Positions 8,000 to 15,970 of a stretch of 27,272 nucleotides of DNA are shown here, piece after piece. The stretch comes from Candidatus Thorarchaeota archaeon (GTDB lineage: Archaea; Asgardarchaeota; Thorarchaeia; Thorarchaeales; Thorarchaeaceae): NCBI GenBank assembly GCA_016839445.1, contig JAEOUG010000054.1, positions 1 through 27,272 of the forward strand, given 5' to 3'. Positions within the stretch are counted from its first letter, which is position 1. Every line of letters starts with the position of its first letter. The notes under the pieces are model-generated. The model was not told the DNA's origin. It did no database searches and worked only from the letters and a program-made list of their open reading frames with translations. A program made the position numbers and the translations under genes.

Positions 8000-10900
8000 T
8001 CGTCCATCCCTCCTATCTGGTCAAGCAGAGCATCTATCTCTGCCTTCGTGAGGTGCTTGGCTTGTTCTATCATCAATTCAGCCTCTGATTCTTCAATGCC
8101 CATGGAGAGCAGTTTCTTTCTCAGTTGCTCGAGCTCCTCGTCAGAAAGACCAACAGGGGCGGCCTCCTCAACAGGAACCTCCTCGACGGCCTCAGCCAAC
8201 TCCTTAGCGCGCCTCGCACGTTCCTGCTTCAGAACCTCGTTGATGAAGCCAGCACGTTCACTTGGCCGCATCTTGTCGAGATCTGTTCGGAGAGTGTCTA
8301 TGTCCGCGTCAGTGAGTCCGACAACTGTGGCCAGCTCTAGGAGAAGGTCTTCAACATCCATCACGGTCACATCTACGGTGGACAATGCGATATCATCCTG
8401 AGTCTTCTTGATGCCGACTGGCGCCAGGTCCTCATTCATGATAGAGAGAAGCATCTCTCTCCTGCGGTGGACATTCGCGGGCCTAGGAATTCTTCCCTTT
8501 GAGAGCGCACCAACCATCCTTCTGAGAATTCGAAGGAGCCTAGGCACAGACAGGACTCTGAAGTACAGAACCGCCAGCCCAGCTATGGCCAGAATCAACA
8601 TGGTACCCCACTGGAATCCGGCAATAGCCAGCTCCTGTCCGGGGCTTAGTGAAGGATAGATGTCCAGTTCAACAATGCCCACTTGATAGTCTACCTTCCT
8701 TAACTCAATCCGTAGACTGTAGTATGCCAGGTTCGGAGCCCGGAACGCAAGAGAATAGCTCCCATTGCCATAGTTCACATCGAGTTCTGTGACGCGGGTG
8801 AGTCCTTGCTCAAGCGCGCTGGCCGAGATAACGCTGATCTCTGCGTCAGGAATTTGCAGACCGTGATCTATGTCCGTGAAGGTCACATTGACAAAGAACG
8901 TTTCACCAACATAGAGAACTGCTGGAGCGGGTGTGTGTGTGACTGTGGTTGCGATTCTTCTTATTGTCAGCGAGACGTCGATTTGAGCGCGAGAGTAGTT
9001 CCCTCGTGATATCGAGATTCGTAGAGAGTAGGGCGCATCGCGGTCCTGTAGCGGAGATGCCAAAGCAGCCTCCGTTGGACCAAACCGATAGGAGCCGTTT
9101 CCGAGATTGGTCAGAGGTACAGTGCCAAACTCCCAGACAGCAACAGCATCAGCGTCAGTGATCCATTCGCTGTTCAGGCTGTCCCAGTAGGAGAACAGCA
9201 TTGTATAGTCATCATAGACAGGAACAATCAGAGAGTTCTCCGCCTGCATGATTGTAGGTATGGGCTGAACGAGCAGCTTCACAAGTGTCGTGGAGAACTC
9301 GTAGTTGTCCTTCCTGAAAGTGACGGAAATGCTGTGCGGGACGCTGCCGGCCGTCACGAGAGACGTGTTGAGAGTCAGAGAATAGGTACCACCACCGAGG
9401 TCCACCAGAGAGCCTCTGAAGCTCTCAAGAGTATAGTTGGTGACCGCACCCGGAATGCCCTCCACAGCGTGTGTGTCGTTGAAGAGGAAGTAGAATGTGA
9501 CGTTGGTTCCGTAGTAGCCGCTGAGTGTGGCTTCAGTAAGAATAACGGCCTCGGTTTCAATCCTTTCGATTGAGAGCGTGTACTGTACCGAGGAGGGAGC
9601 ATAGCCGCCCTTTGAGCTAGAAATGGTGACCACCCAGTCGCCCACACTTAGGTAGCTAGTGTTGATGTAGGCAGTGTAGTAGCCAGGCGTCACATCCTCA
9701 ACAAGAGTGCCGACAACCCCCTCGCCTACGCCGAAGGTGACATTGGCACCAACGACTGGGAGTCCAAGGTCAGTGTTATTGAGATAGACTGTGATTTCCG
9801 CTATGTCTCTGAAGTTCACAACAACCAATGACTCGGTTATCGGGAGGGTCTCTGTGGAAACCTCTGTGATCTCTATCGAAATTTGAGTGCTGACGCTCTT
9901 GAAGTTGGGTGATGATGCCTGAATCAATATGTAGTAGAGACCCACATCGGCCCCACTCACGACCATGTATCCGACGTATTCGCCATCCAAGGCAGACCAG
10001 TCTAGAGTACCAGTTCCGCCAATCCAGCTGTAGGTCACAAGAGCAGGGGGCTGGATAGCAGTATCATTAGCGAGGACGAGATAGTCAACACGAATCGTGA
10101 CTGTGAGCCCGTCCACGGCACTTGTTGGGAGTAGGGACGCAGAGATTTTGGCAGGAATCTTGTCGATCCGAATCTGGAAGTCCCTTCTTCGGGTCTCGTA
10201 GTTAGCGAGTGTACACTCAACACTGATTGTATACTCTCCAGCAGTGAGTTCTCCTGTGTAGATAGAGGCGTTGTAGATTCCTGGAAGAACCTCGGTCATC
10301 AGGACCCACTCTGTAGAGAGGGTCAGATTCACTGCCGCCCCAATGACAGGAGCGCCTGTTCTGGCATCAGTGACGTTCGCTTGGAAATGAACCACGTCGC
10401 CAAATGAGGGAGTAGTGGGCCAGAATGTCAGCTCAATCTGAACTGGAACAGCTGCTAGAACGATGTCCACCTCGATGGACTGGCTCTGATGCAGAAACAG
10501 AGAGGCATTGATAGTGAAGCGATAGCCTTGAGCGGCCAAGAGTGATGTGTCAATTGCTATCTGATAGAGCCCACTGCCACCTCCGAGAGGAGTGATAGGT
10601 GCAGCGGTGCCGTAGAGAGCCGTCCAGTCTGTGACCACTGTGGCTCCGTCAATTCCAGTGTCGAACTCAATAGTCCTGTATGAGATGTTCGCATAGACAG
10701 TGTCGCCCAGATAGTAAGTCACTCCTTCTGGAAGAGTGAAGGTCAGTGTTGTGGAAACAGGATTCACGATGAGGGAGAAGTCGACACCTGTGATGTTCTG
10801 ATAGTAAGGAGCTCCTACCCACTCGAAGTCTGCTGTGAAGTTGTAGAGACCAAGGCCAGGGAGGGTGTTTGTGTCAATCAGGACTGTGTATGTACCATCA

Positions 10901-13900
10901 AGGTTGTCTACAAACCAGTATGTGAAGCCTCCTGTTTCGGGACTATCGATGGTCACGTCTGCACCGATGATTGGTGCTCCTGTGAGGTAGTCGCTGAACC
11001 TCAGCAAGGCAGTCATGTTGAAGTAGTAGTATCCTGGAGGAGTCTGTAGCACCGTTACCTGAGTGGAGCGAGCTTGAATGTCTACCTCTGTAGAGGTTGT
11101 GGAGTTTCCGTAGTAGGGAGTGACATCACCCCAGTAGAAGAGGACGAAGATAGGATGTCCCTCCACAAGAGCAGAAGTGAGAGTCAGAGAGTTGACTTGG
11201 ATGGTGTAGACACCGTCCGCTCCAGTGAGAGTATATTGTCCATCAGCTATCACTGTGCCAAGACCATGAGAGAGTATGAGATTGGCCTTTGTGAGAACGA
11301 TCCCAGTTCCATCTAGTTCATCAGTGATGGTTATCTCGAAGCTCACGTCGGATCCATAGGGAGTGTTCAGTGGAGACTTCGACACGCTTAGGCTTGCGGG
11401 ACGTCGTGAGACCTCAATGCCAACATTGCGGACTCGTGTTTGATAGAATGGTTCGCCTGAAGTCCACTGTGCAGTGACAGTGATTGTGTAAGGGCCGAAG
11501 TTGCCAAGCGCGTTAGTGTCGATTCTGATTCTGTAACTTCCGTCAAGGAAGTCGTCAACCCAGTAATTGACTCCAAGAGCGAGGGTTTCGTCGGCCGCCG
11601 CACATGCAATCGTGATGGTTGCGCCGTCAATCCCTGCGTCAGTGTTGTCATCGATGTAGTATACGGTGATGTTGGCCTGAGTCAAGAACGGAGCAAGGTC
11701 AGGAAGATCGCTGGTGAGCTGCGTCCTCCGGATGACAATCGAGAGGAAGAATGAATCAGTGGCATCTGAGCAGTACCTGCTTCCTCCGTACTCCATGGAT
11801 ACGTTAACTGTGAATACGCCCAATTCGCCGAAGACAATAGTGTTGAGATGGAGAGTATAGAGACCATTACCAAGATCATCAACAGAGTAGTAGCCCACTA
11901 GGCCTGCATCCAGAGTGAGGGTTCCCCCGCCCATCAATGCAGTTGAGTAATCATCCAGGTCACGATATGTGAAGTTGAGGTGCAGAACGTTCCCATACTG
12001 GACAGGAGCATATGAACCGTGTGTAAGACTTGTATACCGATCTCGAACGGTTATTGGTATGGAGATGCTGGTTCTGTTTTGATAGAATGGGCTTCCTACC
12101 CACTCAGCGTTAACCAGAATCGAGTGACTCCCGGGTGTGAAGACGGAAGTATCAATCTCAATGTAGAAGATGCCAGTAACGTCGCCATCATAGTAGATCG
12201 TGAAGCCATATCCGGTGACGCTGATTGTGAGCTCTAGACCATTCAATATGGGTTGCCCTGAGAGCGAGTCTCGGAACACTATACTGAGGTTCACCAACTC
12301 GTCATAGGGAGTCACAGGGATCGGACTCCAATCGAGGGTGGTGAGACGGCTTACTGTGGTGATGGTGATTAGAATGACCTGATTCTGATAGTATGGCAGC
12401 TGCCCACTGGTCCAGTTGAACCAGATGCGAAGCTCGAGGTCTCCGAGGCCAGAGAGGAGGCCTGTGTCAAAGAGAATCCTGTACTCACCGGGATTCGTGA
12501 TTGCATTTACCTCGGAGATTGTCATATCACTCTGAGTGATTGACTCTCCTGCAGTCAACACGTCTATGTAGATGTGAACGTTACCTGCGAACAGACCAGT
12601 TGTGTTCACGATGCCACCGTTGGCGCCAACGTCGAAGAACACGATGGTGAAGCTAACATCCTCGTCATATGGTGTGACTACGGGGCTCTCACCCAAGAAG
12701 ACGTCAGTAGGTGCAGCGGTTATGACAACACTTGTAGAGACCCATAGGTTGGAGTACTTGGTGTTGACACCTACCCAGTTCATGTAGAAGGTAAGGCCAA
12801 CGGTTCCTACGTCACCCCATTGATCCGCAGGAAGGACAATCGTGTAGAGCCCCTCAGGTGAAATGCTAACCACATAGAACGTCGGCGATGGCAGCGTTGG
12901 GCTCGTGATAATGAGCTGCACAATTCCACCAGGAGTGGTTCCGTTCACAATGCCCGTGTCCGCGTCGACGTCGTAGTAGACCAGATTGACGGTGATATTC
13001 CCAGTGAAGGGAGTTGGGTCAACTGCGTTATTCAAGTACATTGATGTTAGGTGCGTCCGGAGCTCAACTGTGACAATGAAGCTATGGTTCTGGGCCCCGT
13101 ACTGCTCTACCTGGAAGAGAATGTCATAGGTGCCCAGGGGGTCATCGTCTGCGGAATTGATGCTAACCCTGTAGACACCTGGAGTCGCGGTCTCAGTGAC
13201 CGTGAAGTCAGACCAATTACAGGAGATTGCAGATTCCGCCCCACTGATTGGAGCCTTCAGGTCTGTGTCCCTGTAGGTGATTGTGAAGGTGGTTGTGTAA
13301 CCCACCGGGAGAGAGAGGAAACTGGATGACGGAATAGCTGAAGTATGTAGCTCTCGAACGTCAACTGAGAGGATGATAGAAGTGGGATCGTGGAAATTCT
13401 TCTTCGCAGTTATGAGAATGTTGTAGATGTCGAGAGCAACTCCTGTGGTATCGAGACTCAGGGTGTAGTAGCCTGGAGCTCCTGGTGTCACGCTATAGCT
13501 CTGTGTCCAGTTGCATGTGATTCCTGCTCCAGTGATTGGCTGAGAGTTCATATTCTCGAAGTAGAGCTCCAGTTCTGCCGAATACCCACTTGGCACATCA
13601 ATCCCCGGTGCATCTGAGGAGTACAAGTCAGTCTCATAGATGACGTTTATCGTGAACGATTGAAGGATGGAATCATAGAACGACTTGCTCCAGGAGAAGT
13701 CGACCTCAAACTGCCCATTGGTGCCCAGAGTCCCTGTGTCCAGATTCAGGCTGTACTCGCCTGTACCCATGTCGTTGGCTGTTCCTGACCCGAAGTCGCC
13801 TGAGTACTGCATCACTCCGCCGGCCAGCAGATCACCATTGTCCGTGTCATTGACACGTAGTTGAATGAACACCAGATCTCCGTACGTCACATTGACAGAC

Positions 13901-15804
13901 CATGTAGTCTTGGCACTGATGGGATACTTCACAGATACCTGAGTGCCATGCTCAATACTGAAGGAACGTCTGAAATAACCCACATTGTGGACGTACCCAG
14001 TCGACGACTCGTCAGTCACAAATGCCTGTACCTCCCAGTCGCCTACGTCAGCAGTCACTGCGTCGAGGTTCACATATCCCGATGTGGCCAGACCGCCAGC
14101 ATCGACAACAGCCTGTAGCGTATCCCAGACAACACCACTGGAATCGTATATGACAAACGTGACGATGTCGCCCTCATACGCAGATGAGAGGGTAGCTCGG
14201 AACCTAGTGTCCTCGTCAGCCCTGAAGGTCCCCGTAGGTACCCAAGAAGTAGCGTCATCGTCCCAGACGCTCAGACCGGAAATCATGTTCGGCGATGTAC
14301 CTCGTAACATCCAAAGGCCATTCGGATCATCTAAGCCCACGGAGTAGACAGATACATTCAGGACGCCGTCACCGGGGTCTCCAAGCCACCAATTGCTTGT
14401 GAGATTGGTGAACCGGTGGAATGGCTCAGATACGAAATTGATGTCGCGATTCAATGGGAGACTCACGTTGAAGAAGTACTGACTCCCATAGCCGCCCGGA
14501 ACTGAAACATAGAAGTTGGTTTCCCAAGATACGGTACTCGCGTTGGAAACTTGGTAGTTGTCTCCCACAGTGAGCAACTCGGTGTTACCAATCGTTGGGC
14601 TTAGCAGACGACGTGCGAAGACCCAGACATTGACATCTATGTTGACATTGATATCGAAATCCGGATCGGGCGGAAATGGTGAGGGAGTCCATGAGAAGTT
14701 GGCATATGCAGCCCCTGATGACCATGGTGTAAGCGGCTCATAGTAGGCGGTACCCAGCCCGAAGACAGGATCCAATCCGACAATGACGTTGTCGACATCA
14801 ACTCCATTCATCTGTAGGTTGACATCTTCGGGTGTGGCCTTTGCTGTGATGTAGATTAGGATGTTGTCGACACGCGCTCTCGGATTGATGTCTGGGCGCC
14901 ACCACTCTAAGGCAGTGGTTCTGAGACCTGCCCAGATCGACACATTCGGCAGGCTCATGACAGACGGGTCCACGCTGACGAAGCCTGTCGAGTACCATAT
15001 ACCGTCATCAGCGATTGCATCAAATGGGATGCTCCACAAGTACTCGCCGCCGTTGTCAGGGTCGCCGACGGAAACGAAGACCTCAAAGAAACCTGTCATG
15101 TATCCAGCCCAAGCGACATCAGCCCAATAGTCAAGTGAAATGCCGAGAGAGGTCACGTCCCCACGATCAATAGTGAGGTTCTGGACCATGTAGGCCTTGT
15201 CACCTACATCATACCAGTCGCCGTACAGGCCACCGCCTGCGTCGTAGTAATAACCATCCATGTAGAAGTAGGCTGCACCATCTCCTGTTCCATGTCCGTC
15301 TGCTTGCCACTGGGATGTGAGGGCATTAGTATAGGACGGACCGAACGCTGAAGCAATGTCATCGGTCTCAAAGGACCAACTCGAGCTGTCGTCGAGGCCG
15401 GAATTGTCAATCCACGTTCTGTTCTCAGTTATGCTTGTTATGTCAGCATAGACACCATAGCTCTCCCATCCCTCGCCGAGCGGTACAGAGAGATTCGCGG
15501 TAGACAGTGACGAAGTGCCTGAGTCATAGTCCATGCTTTCATCGACAAACGTGTCCACGCGGATGCCAGATTCGTTTGCGAGAAGAGGATCTCCCGTCCC
15601 AGTTCGACCTGTGGGCACATCAGAGAGTCGATACTCATAGACAACCTCATCGGGAGCCACTTGAATCAACTCACCGTTTGAGAGTTCGACAGTCTTGCTT
15701 CCCGCAGAGCCAGTGTTCGCATTCAATGAAGATGGCGTCATCATGACACCCATCATCAATGGCACAAACACAAGCAGCAGTCCTATCATTCTCTTTGGCC
15801 GCAT
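7996..15804 (-). CDS. Giant single-pass cell-surface glycoprotein B (~2602 aa), full-length paralog of protein A
   Basis: Start reassigned from 15870 to ATG 15804: MRPKRMIGLLLVFVPLMMGVMM is a signal peptide and AGGAGTG (SD) lies at 15811-15817. It is collinear with protein A (GWE..ENRTW, TIDRG.V, W(S/T)WTP-like, SPNMI, RTDL..MRPSER.GF). TM at ~8551-8616. Confidence 0.9.
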   Translation of the reverse strand: MRPKRMIGLLLVFVPLMMGVMMTPSSLNANTGSAGSKTVELSNGELIQVAPDEVVYEYRLSDVPTGRTGTGDPLLANESGIRVDTFVDESMDYDSGTSSLSTANLSVPLGEGWESYGVYADITSITENRTWIDNSGLDDSSSWSFETDDIASAFGPSYTNALTSQWQADGHGTGDGAAYFYMDGYYYDAGGGLYGDWYDVGDKAYMVQNLTIDRGDVTSLGISLDYWADVAWAGYMTGFFEVFVSVGDPDNGGEYLWSIPFDAIADDGIWYSTGFVSVDPSVMSLPNVSIWAGLRTTALEWWRPDINPRARVDNILIYITAKATPEDVNLQMNGVDVDNVIVGLDPVFGLGTAYYEPLTPWSSGAAYANFSWTPSPFPPDPDFDINVNIDVNVWVFARRLLSPTIGNTELLTVGDNYQVSNASTVSWETNFYVSVPGGYGSQYFFNVSLPLNRDINFVSEPFHRFTNLTSNWWLGDPGDGVLNVSVYSVGLDDPNGLWMLRGTSPNMISGLSVWDDDATSWVPTGTFRADEDTRFRATLSSAYEGDIVTFVIYDSSGVVWDTLQAVVDAGGLATSGYVNLDAVTADVGDWEVQAFVTDESSTGYVHNVGYFRRSFSIEHGTQVSVKYPISAKTTWSVNVTYGDLVFIQLRVNDTDNGDLLAGGVMQYSGDFGSGTANDMGTGEYSLNLDTGTLGTNGQFEVDFSWSKSFYDSILQSFTINVIYETDLYSSDAPGIDVPSGYSAELELYFENMNSQPITGAGITCNWTQSYSVTPGAPGYYTLSLDTTGVALDIYNILITAKKNFHDPTSIILSVDVRELHTSAIPSSSFLSLPVGYTTTFTITYRDTDLKAPISGAESAISCNWSDFTVTETATPGVYRVSINSADDDPLGTYDILFQVEQYGAQNHSFIVTVELRTHLTSMYLNNAVDPTPFTGNITVNLVYYDVDADTGIVNGTTPGGIVQLIITSPTLPSPTFYVVSISPEGLYTIVLPADQWGDVGTVGLTFYMNWVGVNTKYSNLWVSTSVVITAAPTDVFLGESPVVTPYDEDVSFTIVFFDVGANGGIVNTTGLFAGNVHIYIDVLTAGESITQSDMTISEVNAITNPGEYRILFDTGLLSGLGDLELRIWFNWTSGQLPYYQNQVILITITTVSRLTTLDWSPIPVTPYDELVNLSIVFRDSLSGQPILNGLELTISVTGYGFTIYYDGDVTGIFYIEIDTSVFTPGSHSILVNAEWVGSPFYQNRTSISIPITVRDRYTSLTHGSYAPVQYGNVLHLNFTYRDLDDYSTALMGGGTLTLDAGLVGYYSVDDLGNGLYTLHLNTIVFGELGVFTVNVSMEYGGSRYCSDATDSFFLSIVIRRTQLTSDLPDLAPFLTQANITVYYIDDNTDAGIDGATITIACAAADETLALGVNYWVDDFLDGSYRIRIDTNALGNFGPYTITVTAQWTSGEPFYQTRVRNVGIEVSRRPASLSVSKSPLNTPYGSDVSFEITITDELDGTGIVLTKANLILSHGLGTVIADGQYTLTGADGVYTIQVNSLTLTSALVEGHPIFVLFYWGDVTPYYGNSTTSTEVDIQARSTQVTVLQTPPGYYYFNMTALLRFSDYLTGAPIIGADVTIDSPETGGFTYWFVDNLDGTYTVLIDTNTLPGLGLYNFTADFEWVGAPYYQNITGVDFSLIVNPVSTTLTFTLPEGVTYYLGDTVYANISYRTIEFDTGIDGATVVTDWTALYGTAAPITPLGGGSGLYQIAIDTSLLAAQGYRFTINASLFLHQSQSIEVDIVLAAVPVQIELTFWPTTPSFGDVVHFQANVTDARTGAPVIGAAVNLTLSTEWVLMTEVLPGIYNASIYTGELTAGEYTISVECTLANYETRRRDFQIRIDKIPAKISASLLPTSAVDGLTVTIRVDYLVLANDTAIQPPALVTYSWIGGTGTLDWSALDGEYVGYMVVSGADVGLYYILIQASSPNFKSVSTQISIEITEVSTETLPITESLVVVNFRDIAEITVYLNNTDLGLPVVGANVTFGVGEGVVGTLVEDVTPGYYTAYINTSYLSVGDWVVTISSSKGGYAPSSVQYTLSIERIETEAVILTEATLSGYYGTNVTFYFLFNDTHAVEGIPGAVTNYTLESFRGSLVDLGGGTYSLTLNTSLVTAGSVPHSISVTFRKDNYEFSTTLVKLLVQPIPTIMQAENSLIVPVYDDYTMLFSYWDSLNSEWITDADAVAVWEFGTVPLTNLGNGSYRFGPTEAALASPLQDRDAPYSLRISISRGNYSRAQIDVSLTIRRIATTVTHTPAPAVLYVGETFFVNVTFTDIDHGLQIPDAEISVISASALEQGLTRVTELDVNYGNGSYSLAFRAPNLAYYSLRIELRKVDYQVGIVELDIYPSLSPGQELAIAGFQWGTMLILAIAGLAVLYFRVLSVPRLLRILRRMVGALSKGRIPRPANVHRRREMLLSIMNEDLAPVGIKKTQDDIALSTVDVTVMDVEDLLLELATVVGLTDADIDTLRTDLDKMRPSERAGFINEVLKQERARRAKELAEAVEEVPVEEAAPVGLSDEELEQLRKKLLSMGIEESEAELMIEQAKHLTKAEIDALLDQIGGMDE
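8660..13950 (-). repeat. 17 degenerate tandem Ig-like protein repeats in protein B
   Basis: Same consensus as protein A, e.g. PFLTQANITVYYIDDNTDAGIDGA, YYGTNVTFYFLFNDTHAVEGIPGA, YVGETFFVNVTFTDIDHGLQIPDA. Boundaries are approximate. Confidence 0.8.
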
Positions 15805-15902
15805 ATGGTACACTCCTAAACAGGTATAGTCGTCACTATCCGCTGGACAGACGCAAGAAGGCATCACCACTATATGAATGGATGCTCTGTAAAGCCGACT
15901 CT

Positions 15903-15928
15903 ATAATTCGAGTTTTGTTTCGAATTAT
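15903..15928. promoter_or_regulatory. Perfect 9-8-9 inverted repeat upstream of the giant-protein operon (operator-like)
   Basis: ATAATTCGA-gttttgtt-TCGAATTAT in the AT-rich 166-bp spacer between the protease gene and protein B. It overlaps a TTATAG element on the minus strand. Confidence 0.5.
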
Positions 15929-15970
15929 CGTTACTATGACAAATGAAACACGTTCTCGAAATTCCGACAG

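Noticed and set aside
920-13950. DNA-level tandem repeats, CRISPR array or diversity-generating retroelement in the giant genes
   Set aside because: The repeats are visible only as degenerate protein motifs. I saw no near-identical nucleotide repeats, spacers, template/variable repeat pair or reverse transcriptase.
263-15804. Naming the giants as integrin, cadherin, Notch or S-layer homologs
   Set aside because: No diagnostic motifs were seen (FG-GAP, DxNDN/LDRE, EGF cysteines, PGF-CTERM). The similarity is architectural only.
15805-15870. ORF-track N-terminal extension of protein B (MVMPSCVCPADS...)
   Set aside because: It has a non-ATG start, and the extension precedes an obvious signal peptide. 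ATG 15804 has a well-spaced AGGAGTG SD.
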